This document shows positions 1 to 11,101 of a stretch of 64,000 nucleotides of DNA, one piece after another. The stretch is from Promethearchaeota archaeon (GTDB lineage Archaea; Asgardarchaeota; Lokiarchaeia; Sigyniarchaeales; SOKP01): contig JAUVNS010000015.1 of assembly GCA_030599585.1 (NCBI GenBank), forward strand, positions 41,310 to 105,309, read 5' to 3'. The translations under genes and the position numbers were made by a program. Positions within the stretch are counted from its first letter, which is position 1. Each line of letters opens with the position of its first letter. Below the pieces are notes generated by a model. The model searched no databases, was not told the DNA's origin, and was given only the letters and a program-made list of their open reading frames with translations.

Positions 1-1
1 T

Positions 2-358
2 TTAGTTGATAAAAAAAAAATAGCTCGATGCTATAGGCTAATTTTAACAGAATTGAAGATAAATATTCAGGTTTCTTCACCGATTAATTTCATTCCTCGC
101 TTTTGTGCTGAATTAAATCTTTCGGGTAGAACTCAAAACCGAGCTGCAGAATTATTAAAATTAGCTAAAAAATATCATTTAACCGCTGGAAAAGCACCAA
201 CCGGTCTAGCTGGGGCTGCGTTATATGTGGCAGCAATACAAGAAGGAGAAAGGAGGACTCAGAAAGAAATTTCTCTGGCCGCTGGTGTTACTGAAGCTAC
301 TATTAGGAATAGGTATAAGGAAATAGTAAATCATTTAAGATTTAATTTAAATCCCTAA
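2..358 (+). CDS. tfb: Transcription initiation factor IIB, C-terminal cyclin repeat (5' partial)
   Basis: GKAPTGLAGAALY...RTQKEIS..AGVTEATIRNRYKE is the TFIIB second cyclin repeat/HTH; frame is open to the window edge. Confidence 0.95.
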   Translation, partial: LVDKKKIARCYRLILTELKINIQVSSPINFIPRFCAELNLSGRTQNRAAELLKLAKKYHLTAGKAPTGLAGAALYVAAIQEGERRTQKEISLAAGVTEATIRNRYKEIVNHLRFNLNP

Positions 359-648
359 AGAGCATTGAAAACGAGATAACAATAAAATTGGTAGAGATTT
401 AAATAACTTTAATCCGTTTTATTACATCAGGGCGTTTTTTATATAATATACGAAAACCACAGTGAGAACATTTTATCCCTGGAAGTGCGTTTAATTCTTT
501 TTTAGAGACATCTTTTCCGCAACTTTTTCGAGCACAAACATATTTCATAATTTTTAAAATTAATTAAAGTTAAAAAATTTTTCGCACATAATTAAAAATG
601 CTGACAAAATTCCTTAAAATATAGAATTTGTTAAGAAAATAAATAGAA

Positions 649-1464
649 TTATATGTATAATGACTTTCTCTTATCCTCAGTATCAACAAACTGAAATGTA
701 TTAAGATCTTTCTCTAATTGGTCTCTTTTGTCTTGTAGATTTTTAGTTATATTCTCTATATTATCAAGTGAATATTTCTTTTTAATTGGTAAAGTGAACG
801 ATTTCTTTAACATCTCCAAAAGTGTTATTGACGCCTTTAAATCAGTTATATCTTCATTTACCATAGCGATGTTATCTGTTTCTGCTAAAAGAACTATTCC
901 GTCTAAATCAAACCGGGCTTTTGCTAGTGTAGGGATTAACCCATTAGCACCAATAATTACTCCTTTTTGAATCTTATCACAATTGGTTTTAGCAATAAAA
1001 TTTTCTAACAACTCTCGGTTTGTCGAACTTGCATATATTTTTGGAATTTTTGTATTGATTTTGCGACTATTTATTGGATATGCTCCTAAGGCTATTATCA
1101 ATTTAATTTTACATTGAAATATAATTTCCGCAAGGAAATTTGAAATTCTATAGATACCTTTAGGTGTTAAACTCTGAGCGTCCGCAGTAATTAAAAAAAT
1201 ATCTCTTTTTTGTTCAGGATCTTTCCAAAATAAAATCTCTGCTTTAGGAGCGGACAACATACTATCGTCCACTATAGCTCCTGCTGGATAATCATCAAAT
1301 ATAAAATCCATTAAGTTTTTAGCGTCTAATTGTCCTATTAAAGAATCAATCGCAAATTTTCCTACATCGGCTATTCCTGGCATACCTAAAATACATATTG
1401 GATCGTTAAAATCCTCCTCGTTAAAATCAAAATGTTTAATAATTCTTATCCCAGACTCTGTCAT
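649..1464 (-). CDS. PAC2 family proteasome assembly chaperone-like protein
   Basis: GMPGIADVGKFA, IIALGAY, GVIIGANGLI motifs. Confidence 0.8.
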   Translation of the reverse strand: MTESGIRIIKHFDFNEEDFNDPICILGMPGIADVGKFAIDSLIGQLDAKNLMDFIFDDYPAGAIVDDSMLSAPKAEILFWKDPEQKRDIFLITADAQSLTPKGIYRISNFLAEIIFQCKIKLIIALGAYPINSRKINTKIPKIYASSTNRELLENFIAKTNCDKIQKGVIIGANGLIPTLAKARFDLDGIVLLAETDNIAMVNEDITDLKASITLLEMLKKSFTLPIKKKYSLDNIENITKNLQDKRDQLEKDLNTFQFVDTEDKRKSLYI

Positions 1465-1664
1465 TTTTTTTAGCTTAACTATTATTTTATGATATAATAA
1501 GAGTCATAATTAAGTCTTTAAAATCAATGTGTTATCCTAATAGACACAAGATTTACCGTAATAGTAATACATTCATAATATCACAAAAATTTTATTTTCT
1601 GAAGTATCATTAGATATATCGGATTTTGTACCGACAATATTTAATTTTTTTTAATCATTTAGAA

Positions 1665-2258
1665 GTGACCGAGCTAAATTATGCATGTCTGAAATGCGGG
1701 GCATGTTGCCACGAAATTGAATACAAAAAAAGAATCCCCTTGTATCCTGAAGAGGCGAATATCTTAATCGAGATAGCAAAAAAACGAGGAATTGCTTTAA
1801 AGATTATAGAAGACTTAGTTTTTCCTGATATTTTAAATAAAAAAATTTTAATTGTAACATACAAAATATTATTTGACAAAAAAATAAATGGATGCCCTTT
1901 CTACGATAACAATTATGGTTGTACAGTTCACGATACAAAACCCTTAGCATGTAAAGCATATCCTTTAGCTTTAAAACAAGTAGATGCTTTTAATTTTCAA
2001 ATTAGCGTTGATCCCTTATGCCATTATGTAATTAAGCACTATGATCTAATAAAAAATGCTAGTTTCTCGACTATGAAAGAAATTTTTAAAAACGAATATC
2101 CAAATGCACAAAACCATTTAACAAAAAATAAAAATTTAATGCTGAAAATTAAGCAACTTGAATTTGAAAAAAAAATTAAGATTTCTAGACAAATAAGTTT
2201 AAAGGATTTCAATACATATTTGAAAGAATGGGAAAGGGAAGAATTAACTACGAATTAA
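1665..2258 (+). CDS. YkgJ family cysteine-cluster protein
   Basis: CLKCGACC, CPFY...CTVHDTKPLACKAYP; in-frame GTG at 1665 preferred to TTG at 1626. Confidence 0.85.
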   Translation: MTELNYACLKCGACCHEIEYKKRIPLYPEEANILIEIAKKRGIALKIIEDLVFPDILNKKILIVTYKILFDKKINGCPFYDNNYGCTVHDTKPLACKAYPLALKQVDAFNFQISVDPLCHYVIKHYDLIKNASFSTMKEIFKNEYPNAQNHLTKNKNLMLKIKQLEFEKKIKISRQISLKDFNTYLKEWEREELTTN

Positions 2259-2908
2259 TGATTGATTCTATTATGAAAAAATTTATATCTTTACTCTCAG
2301 GTGGTTTGGATAGCCCAATCGCAGCATACTTAATGATTAAAAAAGGATTTACTCCTACTTTTCTCTCGTTTTTAACTTCAGACGATTACGAAGGTTCTAT
2401 GAAAAATAAAGTTATTAAAATTGTAAGAATCTTATCAAAGTTTACAAACGATGAATTGAAAATATTATTCATTAACCACGACAATAACTTAGACGCTTTT
2501 AAAGAATTTTGTGACAGAAAATTAACATGTGTTTTATGTAAGCGATTAATGTTAAGAATAGCTAAGAAATTAGGAGAATTAAATCAAACAAATATCATAG
2601 TTACTGGTGACATTTTAGGAGAACAAGCAAGTCAAACTCTCGACAATTTATACGCCTATAACAATATTATCTCTGGTTGTGTAATGTTAAGGCCATTAAT
2701 AGGATGCGATAAACAAGAAGTAATAGATTTAAACAAGCAAATAGGGTCCTATAATGCCTCTTCAGAATCCTCAGCAGGATGCACTTTTAACCCTCAATAC
2801 CCTGAAACTCATGCGAAACTTGGCGAAGTCCTCAATTCAGAAAAAAAAGTAAATATTGAGGAGCTGATTATGAAATCGATTAAGAATGCAGAGATTTTAA
2901 AATTTTAA
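2258..2908 (+). CDS. thiI: ThiI-like tRNA sulfurtransferase, PP-loop domain only (no THUMP)
   Basis: LLSGGLDS PP-loop, CVLCKR, TGDILGEQASQTL, RPLIGCDKQE; ATG overlaps the upstream TAA. Confidence 0.8.
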   Translation: MIDSIMKKFISLLSGGLDSPIAAYLMIKKGFTPTFLSFLTSDDYEGSMKNKVIKIVRILSKFTNDELKILFINHDNNLDAFKEFCDRKLTCVLCKRLMLRIAKKLGELNQTNIIVTGDILGEQASQTLDNLYAYNNIISGCVMLRPLIGCDKQEVIDLNKQIGSYNASSESSAGCTFNPQYPETHAKLGEVLNSEKKVNIEELIMKSIKNAEILKF

Positions 2909-3289
2909 ATCTAAATCGTCAATAAATTCATTAAATTCATCATCTTTCAGCTCAGATTCTTTAAAATCAGGCAAAAATTCACAGATTACTTGAGCTAATA
3001 AATGTTTACAAAACGATCTTCTTCTTTGAATCACTACGGATTTATAAAAGTCTTGGCAAGAGCAGTACAATTTTGGATATAACAAATATTCATCATTTTC
3101 TCCCAAAGCTATCCAAACAACTCTCCTCGAAGGGTTAAAGGTATATTTTGTTATACCTCTTTTTATAACCTTTAAAACCTTGTCGACTTTGTCAGGAAAA
3201 TTTGTATCAATGAAATTCAACAATTCTTCATCAATAACGCCTTTCTTTTCAGCCATCAAAGATATATCAAATAATAAATCTTTTGACAT
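2897..3289 (-). CDS. SWIM zinc-finger protein
   Basis: YCSCQDF...FCKHLLA. Confidence 0.8.
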   Translation of the reverse strand: MSKDLLFDISLMAEKKGVIDEELLNFIDTNFPDKVDKVLKVIKRGITKYTFNPSRRVVWIALGENDEYLLYPKLYCSCQDFYKSVVIQRRRSFCKHLLAQVICEFLPDFKESELKDDEFNEFIDDLDLKF

Positions 3290-3338
3290 TTGATCATCAT
3301 ATATTATTTATAATTGATAAATAAAAAGGATCTTAAGA

Positions 3339-4643
3339 TTGAACCATATTTTATATTTTCCAACAAGATATTTCCCCGCTATTTCGGGCGCAGAATTTTA
3401 TATCCAAAGTATGGCAGAAATATTAAATTTGAAATACAACTATGATATTCAAGTCTATACTTCCACTGCAATTGACTTTAAAGCTTTAAGAGAATCAAGG
3501 GGGAGAATTATAAAACCAGGGGAAAAATATTACGAAAATGTAAACAAGTTAAAAATTACTCGCTTTCCTGTTAAGTATAACATTTCACAAGATGAAAAGC
3601 TAACACTCGTAAAAAAAGAAGCATCTTACGAGGGTTTAGAACTATCTGACGAGTGTCTGATTGAGTATTTAAGAAATGGACCCTTCTTGGAAAAACTCCT
3701 TAAAAACATGGTGCGCCCCACTGAGATTTCCTTCGATTTAGTTCATACAAGCTTCTTTCCCTATTTTAATACAATCTTAACTCTGATGTTAGGAAAACTT
3801 ACAAATAAACCAACTGTTTGTACTCCCTTTTTTCATTTCTCAAATCCCAGATATCTTAACAAAAACTATTTCGAAGCAATGCACAAGTTTGATAAGATAA
3901 TTGCTTGTACTCATCTTGAAAAGAAAGTATTAATTGAAACAATGGGCATTCCAGAAGAAAAAATAAAAGTTATTTCTATGGGAGTAGATTACAAGAAATT
4001 TATATTACCAAAGAAGCTAACTCCTAAGAGATTTAATTTTAAACAGAAGTATTTTAAACCAAATGAAAAGAATCACAGAATGGTATTATTCTGTGGATAT
4101 AAAAATTATGAGAAAGGAGCAATTTCAATTTTAAAAGCAATTCCTTACATCTTAAAAAAATTTAGAAAAGTGTATTTTGTCTTTATTGGGCCATCTACTA
4201 TTGCGTTTAATAGAGAGCTCTCTAAAATTCAGAAAGCTATCCATCCTCGAGTTATTAACTTAACTCCGGATAATTTAACGGGATATTACGATGTAAAGAA
4301 AATCGCAGCTTTCAACGAAACTGATGTTTTTTTGATGCCAAGCCGAAGTGATGCGTATGGTATTGCTTTTCTAGAAGCTTGGGCTTCTGGTAAACCCGTT
4401 ATAGGTGCAAATATTGGGGCGACGCCAGAAGTTATAAGAGATAAAGTTGATGGGTTACTTGTTGAGTTTGACGATTATATTGACATCGCCGACAAAGTTG
4501 TATTGTTATTAAAAAAGAAGCGATTAAGCAAAAATTTAGGATTAGAAGGTAGAAATAAAGTTCAAGAAAGTCTTTCTTGGGACATAATAGCTAAGAAAAC
4601 GCACGAAACATATCAAGAATTAATTTTAAAAGAAGGTGAATAA
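3339..4643 (+). CDS. Glycosyltransferase family 4
   Basis: PAISGAE; MPSRSDAYGIAFLEAWASGKPVIG; GATPEVI. Confidence 0.9.
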   Translation: MNHILYFPTRYFPAISGAEFYIQSMAEILNLKYNYDIQVYTSTAIDFKALRESRGRIIKPGEKYYENVNKLKITRFPVKYNISQDEKLTLVKKEASYEGLELSDECLIEYLRNGPFLEKLLKNMVRPTEISFDLVHTSFFPYFNTILTLMLGKLTNKPTVCTPFFHFSNPRYLNKNYFEAMHKFDKIIACTHLEKKVLIETMGIPEEKIKVISMGVDYKKFILPKKLTPKRFNFKQKYFKPNEKNHRMVLFCGYKNYEKGAISILKAIPYILKKFRKVYFVFIGPSTIAFNRELSKIQKAIHPRVINLTPDNLTGYYDVKKIAAFNETDVFLMPSRSDAYGIAFLEAWASGKPVIGANIGATPEVIRDKVDGLLVEFDDYIDIADKVVLLLKKKRLSKNLGLEGRNKVQESLSWDIIAKKTHETYQELILKEGE

Positions 4644-5865
4644 ATTGAAAAAAATATCTGGAAATCCCTATTTAAATAAAAAGGAGGGAGAATTATTAAT
4701 TGACGGCATCCTACTTAATGAAATTTTAAAAACTTATGCAACTCCCTTAATTATTTTTTTAGAAAATAGAGTTAGAAATAATATAAACACCTTTAATAAA
4801 GTCTTTAAATCTGTATTTAACAATTTCCAATGTTTTTATTCTTTCAAGGCTAATTTCCTTCCTGAAATATGCAACATTATTCAATCAGAAGGCTTAGGTG
4901 CTGAATTAATTGGACTACCTGAACTAAAGTTAGCGTTGAAATTACAATTTCCTCCAGATAAGATAATAGTAGGCGGTCCTTATTTGCCACAAGAGCTTAT
5001 CGAAAAATGCGTTCAAGAAAAAATCAAAGAAATTGTCGTATATAACATTAATGATTTAATTAAAATCAACGCTATGGCTGAAAGATATCAAATGGTTCAA
5101 GATATTTGTCTAAGGGTTAATACTCAAAAATATGGAACTAAATTAGGTATTTATTTGAACCAAATAAATGTAAATAAATTAAAAGTAATTATTAATGAAT
5201 GTGAAAACCTTAGAATTACAACCTTATTATCTCATTATTCTACTCAGATGAATAACTTTGATCTTTTTATAAAAAATGCAGAAAACGTTATGGATAGTAC
5301 TAAAATTTTGTTCGATGCTGGAATTAATATCGAAAACATAAATTTGGGAGGAGGATTTCCTGAAGCAGTAATAATGCCAGAAAATCAGTTGAAAGAGCTA
5401 GCTTCAAAAATACATTTCCTTGTAAGTAATTTTGAGATCAGTTTTAAAAACATCTATTTTGAGCCAGGACGTTATCTGGTTGGGGATGCAGGCTTACTCA
5501 TTGCTAAAATTATCAAAGTTACTGATGATAGATGGATTTTCTTAAACATAGGTAATCACATCTGTCCTAAATTTTCAAAATCCTCTATGAGATTTTATAA
5601 TGCCACAAGAATTGAGGAACCACATAAATTTAAAACATCAATAGCAGGAATTATTCCTACCGATCAAGATGTGTTAGCTAAAGATTATTTTTTTACCCAC
5701 GACCTAAAAGAAGGAGATATGGTGGTTATTACAAATGCAGGAGCCTATAATCTGACCTTTTCTAATCGATTTCCCTATATCCTTCCCAACATAATTCTCG
5801 TTACAGATACAAATGCTAAAAATATTTTTAATCCCTCAGTAAATCATGATTTTTCTATTAATTAA
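4636..5865 (+). CDS. PLP-dependent fold-type III decarboxylase (diaminopimelate decarboxylase-like)
   Basis: YSFKAN PLP lysine, NLGGGF, EPGRYLV, AGAY. Confidence 0.8.
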   Translation: MNKLKKISGNPYLNKKEGELLIDGILLNEILKTYATPLIIFLENRVRNNINTFNKVFKSVFNNFQCFYSFKANFLPEICNIIQSEGLGAELIGLPELKLALKLQFPPDKIIVGGPYLPQELIEKCVQEKIKEIVVYNINDLIKINAMAERYQMVQDICLRVNTQKYGTKLGIYLNQINVNKLKVIINECENLRITTLLSHYSTQMNNFDLFIKNAENVMDSTKILFDAGINIENINLGGGFPEAVIMPENQLKELASKIHFLVSNFEISFKNIYFEPGRYLVGDAGLLIAKIIKVTDDRWIFLNIGNHICPKFSKSSMRFYNATRIEEPHKFKTSIAGIIPTDQDVLAKDYFFTHDLKEGDMVVITNAGAYNLTFSNRFPYILPNIILVTDTNAKNIFNPSVNHDFSIN

Positions 5866-6051
5866 ACCTCCGAAAAGAACGTCTATAACTGTGTTACACG
5901 AGCTCGAGTCAGCAAAATTACGCATAACTCTAATCAGAGCAGTGGGTGATGCTACATTAAAATCAAAATCGTTAAATTCAGCAAAAACAAATATTAATCA
6001 AGAGTAATTTTCTTTAAGTTATTTTAGAAGTATTTTTGTGATCTGATACAA

Positions 6052-7266
6052 ATGGTAAAATTATCCAAGTTTGGAGAAGATTATTTACAATTAGCATTCC
6101 GGATTGATAAGCACATTAATGGATATATAGATTTTTATATTGGTCCGGAAAAACTTAGGCATGTTATAAGTAATGAATCCCTAACAGCCCCAAAAAAATT
6201 ATTGGATGATTACAAAGATTTGATAAAACAATTAGGATCTCAAGGGTTTAACAAGGAGCGCGAAATATATATAAAAAAAATGCTTATAGCAATGAAAACA
6301 TCTATCGAACTAATTATTGGTACAAAGATTCCTATAAAGGAACAGTTTTTAAAACTTTACGATGTTGCTCTTAAGCCCGTAGATGAGTCAGAATTTAAGA
6401 ATTTAAAAGATGAATTTGATAAAGCTTATCCCGGTTTTGGAAGTCTAGAAGAACGAATGAAAAAATATAGAATAAGGCGAAAAGTTCCTGAGAAAAAAGT
6501 ATTCGTATTTTTTAAGGAAGCACTTGATCTCGTTAGAAAGCGAACAAAAGAGTTATTTCTAGACATATTGCCAAAAGAAGAAAAAATAATTTTAGAGTTA
6601 GTTAATAACAACGAATCAGACGAAAAAATAAAATGGAATTGTTATAACTGGTATTTAGGCAATTGTACTAGCCGAATCGAGGTAAATCCAACTTTTGGTA
6701 TGTATTGGACGGCTTTTTTAATATATGCCTCTCATGAAGGTTATCCAGGGCATCATACTGAATTTGTCTTAAAGGAGCAAAAGTTATTTCGGGAACAAAA
6801 TCAATTCGAACATTCTTTATTAATACTTCATTCACCTAAATTGATAATAACTGAAGGTATTGGGAATATAGCAATTTCCGTACTCTATTCAAATAAAGAA
6901 TTAGCAGAAAAAGGCTTAAGTAATTTTTGTTCAGATCCCTCTAAAGATGATCCTCTTGAAGTATTGATAGCACAAAATAATATAAGAGGTAAAAATTCGC
7001 TTTTTTTGTATAATCTAGCTTATCGTGCTCTCATAGATAGATATAATAATGATGAGCTTCTTGATTATGGAACGAGCTTAGAAATTTTTAGTGAAGAGGA
7101 GATCAGAAATCAATTAAAAAGATTATCTAATCCAGTTTATTCTAAGAACGCTTTTATGTATGAACTTGGAAGCAATCTTATTAGGAATAAATATGGCGGT
7201 GTTCCAAGCATTAAAAATTTTAAAAATTTGCTTATTAATCCAGTTTTGCCTTCTGACTTAATCTAA
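6052..7266 (+). CDS. DUF885-like putative metallopeptidase
   Basis: HEGYPGHH and TEGIG motifs. Confidence 0.65.
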   Translation: MVKLSKFGEDYLQLAFRIDKHINGYIDFYIGPEKLRHVISNESLTAPKKLLDDYKDLIKQLGSQGFNKEREIYIKKMLIAMKTSIELIIGTKIPIKEQFLKLYDVALKPVDESEFKNLKDEFDKAYPGFGSLEERMKKYRIRRKVPEKKVFVFFKEALDLVRKRTKELFLDILPKEEKIILELVNNNESDEKIKWNCYNWYLGNCTSRIEVNPTFGMYWTAFLIYASHEGYPGHHTEFVLKEQKLFREQNQFEHSLLILHSPKLIITEGIGNIAISVLYSNKELAEKGLSNFCSDPSKDDPLEVLIAQNNIRGKNSLFLYNLAYRALIDRYNNDELLDYGTSLEIFSEEEIRNQLKRLSNPVYSKNAFMYELGSNLIRNKYGGVPSIKNFKNLLINPVLPSDLI

Positions 7267-8070
7267 TAGATATTTTAGTGTTAATGCAATTCTTTAATCC
7301 CAAAATTTGTCAAAATTAAAATTTTATTGAAGTTTAAATAGGTTTTTGAAACTAATTTAATGAAGGAAGGAAGTAATTTGATTCATTCTTCATATTTCAA
7401 AGTTTCGATTAAAAACATTTAAGTTCATATAAAGGTGGAAAAAATGCCTGGTAGAGATAATATTCAACCCTAATTTGGAGCTTTTCATAAAAATCATTCA
7501 ATATAATATTTTTATATAAGCCCATATATTTCTTCTTCTTTTTTAATTCGAAATTTATATAACTTTCTTAAATAGTATTATTGAAGGTTCATTTATGAAT
7601 CCACAAATGATAAAAAAACATAGAACTTAACTTGTGTGAAGATAAATGCCTGGTCAACCGGGAACATTTCCTAAATAAAATTTATTTACAAGTAATATTT
7701 TTATCTTTTCTCTTTTTTTTTAACTTTGTCGCCTGTTCGTTGTTTACCCTTAATTTAAATGTTTTGATTTCAAACGCTTCTTTTTCTTTTCTTTTTTACA
7801 GAACGCATAAATAGAGCGTCCTAATTGATTAAAACTCGTTTAAATAACATCTAATTTTGTTAAATCATCTAAGAAATCCTTAGTTTCATCAAATTTTAAA
7901 TTTCTCTAATCTGTGTATTTTTTATAAATTTTAATCTCTCAATAAATTATGATTCTTAAATTACGTAAAACCTTACTACATATCTTGTAAGTAATATGTG
8001 AATATCATATTCATTCTAATTTTTTATTTATATTATTTCTATAACGAAAATATAACAACAGTCGTTTTAA

Positions 8071-9183
8071 ATGGAATCTCTAATAAGGAATGCTAAAAAA
8101 AGAGAAGTAATAAGACCAACCCGAGAAAATTTTGGCTACGCGAATATAAAAATAGTTGGATGCGGGGGAGCCGGTAACAATACTGTCAATCGATTAATGA
8201 AAATAGGAATTCGAGGAGCAAAATGTGTGGCCGTAAATACAGATCTCCAACATTTAGAAAGTGTGGAATCTCATATAAAATTGTTAATTGGAAAAAATTT
8301 AACAAGAGGGTTGGGTGCTGGAGGTAATCCAGATGTAGGAAGAGCTGCTGCTGAAGAGTCTCGTGAAGATTTAACTAAAATACTTAGAGAGTCTAACTTA
8401 GTTTTTATAACATGCGGAGAAGGGGGTGGAACAGGGACTGGTAGTGCACCTATTGTTGCAGAAATAGCTAAACTTGAAGGAGCTATAGTTGTTGGAGTAG
8501 TTACTTTACCCTTTGAAACCGAAATTGGGCGCATTGATAAAGCACAAATCGGTCTTAACGAATTAAAAAAATATGCCGACACTTTAGTAGTTATAGATAA
8601 TAACCGTCTTTTAGACATAGCTCCAGACTTGCCCATTATCGAGGCGTTTAGCGTTGCAGACGAAGTATTAGCAACTATGGTCAAAGGAATAACTGAAACG
8701 ATTTCGCTACCATCACTGATTAACTTAGATTTTGCTGATGTTAGAACAATTTTAAGTACTGGAGGCGTAGCAATAGTCGGAGTAGGAGAATCTGGTGATA
8801 AGAATAACCGCGTAGAAGACGCTATTGAAGACGCTCTCAATTCACCGCTATTAGATGTATCTATTGATGGTGCAAAAGGAGCTCTGATTCATATATGTGG
8901 GGGAAACGATATGACTTTAGCTGAAGCAAATTCAGTTGCAAAGAAAATATCGGAAAAGATGGATGTAAACAATGCCATGGTTATTTGGGGCGCACGTGTA
9001 AACGATGAATTTGACGGCTACCTTAGAGTTATGCTCCTTATTACAGGCATAAAATCACCACAGATTTTTGGGAAGAAGGTCTCAAGTATTTCTTCTTTTA
9101 ATGAAAATATGTTACCTAAGAATCTTAATGAAAGCAAACTTTCTAACGATATCCTTAATATTAGAGAGCTTTCTATTGACTGA
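8071..9183 (+). CDS. ftsZ: Cell division protein FtsZ
   Basis: VGCGGAGNN, GLGAGGNP, GGGTGTG tubulin signature, INLDFADV. Confidence 0.97.
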   Translation: MESLIRNAKKREVIRPTRENFGYANIKIVGCGGAGNNTVNRLMKIGIRGAKCVAVNTDLQHLESVESHIKLLIGKNLTRGLGAGGNPDVGRAAAEESREDLTKILRESNLVFITCGEGGGTGTGSAPIVAEIAKLEGAIVVGVVTLPFETEIGRIDKAQIGLNELKKYADTLVVIDNNRLLDIAPDLPIIEAFSVADEVLATMVKGITETISLPSLINLDFADVRTILSTGGVAIVGVGESGDKNNRVEDAIEDALNSPLLDVSIDGAKGALIHICGGNDMTLAEANSVAKKISEKMDVNNAMVIWGARVNDEFDGYLRVMLLITGIKSPQIFGKKVSSISSFNENMLPKNLNESKLSNDILNIRELSID

Positions 9184-9229
9184 AAAACTTTTTCTCCTCC
9201 TTTTTAAATCTTCTTCTCTAAACATTTAT

Positions 9230-9589
9230 ATGAACGATAAATACAGTCTAAAAACTCAAAATGAAGTTAATTCAATTTTAGAAAGATTAAGCCAGTGGAA
9301 AAACGTGTTTATTTTTGAAGTGAGGTATTTTTATGAAGGATGGGCGATCTATATGAGAGAGAAGAACATGTATCCAAGACATCTGGTGATATTTAAATCG
9401 TATTCTAACGATTATTACTCTATTAAAAGTTTTGAAATTCATTTCAGTAAAAAGAAGGAAACTTATCAAGAGCTTTATATTAATGAGAAGATTGACACGG
9501 TCCAACAGGTGCAATCTGAAATTAAAGAAATTATTTATGGGAAGTATATTTTAGATTCAATTACAAAATTGAATAATGAATCCATTTGA
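9230..9589 (+). CDS. Hypothetical protein
   Basis: ORF; ATG at 9230 avoids overlap with ftsZ. Confidence 0.6.
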   Translation: MNDKYSLKTQNEVNSILERLSQWKNVFIFEVRYFYEGWAIYMREKNMYPRHLVIFKSYSNDYYSIKSFEIHFSKKKETYQELYINEKIDTVQQVQSEIKEIIYGKYILDSITKLNNESI

Positions 9590-9629
9590 AACTTCATCGC
9601 TCAAATACTTAAATTTGGACGAATTAACT

Positions 9630-10187
9630 TTAAAATTGAGGTTTGTACATTTTTCGAAATTCTTCTCTCTTTTTCTCGTTATATTTGTTTTCTAAAAATT
9701 TCAGTACAGAGTGGTGAGGCATTCCGCTTAACAACATATTTACTGCTTTTCTTGATATTTGTAGATTGTCATAATCAGATATAATCGAAACAGTTTTTCC
9801 ATAAACAGAAACGTAACTCTCAGCAAATCTTTCTATCGCCCTTCTCATCTCTCCATTTCTACCAATAATTCTACCCTTTAATCTTTTTATTTTCTTCTCA
9901 GATTTGCCTAATAAATTGTAAAGATTAAAAACTTCCATGTCAAAAGTCTCATCTAATAATTTCATAGCCTTTACCGGATTAAATCCTCTATTGATAGCGT
10001 TCAGAATTTTTTCAGCAATAAAAGTATTAAGGGGGCCGTATTTCGGGTGATCAATTAAAGGTCTTACTTCGCAATCTCCAGTTTTGCTGTCTAAATTAAT
10101 TTGAATTCCCAATGCGTCTTCAATATCTTTTTTTGTTTCACCGTTTTTTCCGATTAATACAGCAATTCGATTTTGTCCTATTCTCAT
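9630..10187 (-). CDS. KH-domain pre-rRNA processing protein (Dim2/Pno1/Krr1 family)
   Basis: IGKNGETK and GRIIGRNG KH loops; next to Rio1 as in the conserved archaeal cluster. Confidence 0.9.
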   Translation of the reverse strand: MRIGQNRIAVLIGKNGETKKDIEDALGIQINLDSKTGDCEVRPLIDHPKYGPLNTFIAEKILNAINRGFNPVKAMKLLDETFDMEVFNLYNLLGKSEKKIKRLKGRIIGRNGEMRRAIERFAESYVSVYGKTVSIISDYDNLQISRKAVNMLLSGMPHHSVLKFLENKYNEKKREEFRKMYKPQF

Positions 10188-10237
10188 ATTTCTAATTTAA
10201 ATCATATGTTTTTAACAACATATATTTTTTCATTTAT

Positions 10238-11101
10238 CTATTCTAAGTTTATTACTTCGTAGTAAAAATCTTCTCGATTTGGTACTTCTACTCCTATTGT
10301 CTCAAAATAATTAAAAATATTTTTGATGTCCCTTACTAATAATATTTCTGCTTTTGGGTGATGTATTGTTACTGCTTGCGATATGTCAATTATTACTGGT
10401 TTTTGATTGTGGTATAAAATATTAAATTCAGATAAATCTCCATGCACTAAAGCTGCTTTTTGATATAAATTTTTAATAAAATAGAGGACTTCGCTTAATA
10501 AATTAATAGGGTCCTTCGGAAATTTAATATCTTTGAGCTTGGGTGCTGGAATTGAACCAAAACCGATGTAATCCATTATTAAAATATTATTTTTTATAAA
10601 AAGAGGTTCAGGTACATTTAAACCCACTTTGTAAGCTCTTTTTAGATTTTTAAATTCTTTACTCGCCCATAAATATATTATTTTAGAAACATTATGCGGT
10701 ATTCTTTTAAACCTAGGATCTCCGATAATGTAATTTCTCATCCATTTTGAAGTATTTGTATCAATCTTATATATTTTTACTGCGTATTCCTTATTATTTT
10801 GACCGTAAGCAAGATACACATTTGCTTCTTTACCCGCGGAAATTATTCCTTCGATACGGCTTAAAATTCCAGATTTTAATATTTTGCTAACTTGTAAATA
10901 CATTCTTTCATCAAATACCGAATCTACAGTAGCCCTCTTCTTAGTTTGATCTATTTTTTTAACTCGTTTTGAATCAATCTGCTTTTTGACTAAATTATCT
11001 ATATTTTTTTCGAAGTCGTCCCCCATAAGGTCGTTATTATCACTATTATCGAGTTCTTCTTCTTCTTCGTTCCACTCCTCTTCGGGTTGATTTTTTCCCA
11101 A
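10238..11101 (-). CDS. rio1: RIO1 family serine kinase
   Basis: ISAGKEANVY, AVKIY, LVHGDLSEFNIL, IDISQAV. Confidence 0.93.
   Translation of the reverse strand: MGKNQPEEEWNEEEEELDNSDNNDLMGDDFEKNIDNLVKKQIDSKRVKKIDQTKKRATVDSVFDERMYLQVSKILKSGILSRIEGIISAGKEANVYLAYGQNNKEYAVKIYKIDTNTSKWMRNYIIGDPRFKRIPHNVSKIIYLWASKEFKNLKRAYKVGLNVPEPLFIKNNILIMDYIGFGSIPAPKLKDIKFPKDPINLLSEVLYFIKNLYQKAALVHGDLSEFNILYHNQKPVIIDISQAVTIHHPKAEILLVRDIKNIFNYFETIGVEVPNREDFYYEVINLE

Noticed and set aside
7267-8070. 800-bp gap upstream of ftsZ, including the 60-aa ORF at 7632
   Set aside because: Only interrupted low-complexity frames and no recognisable RNA structure; cannot support a feature.
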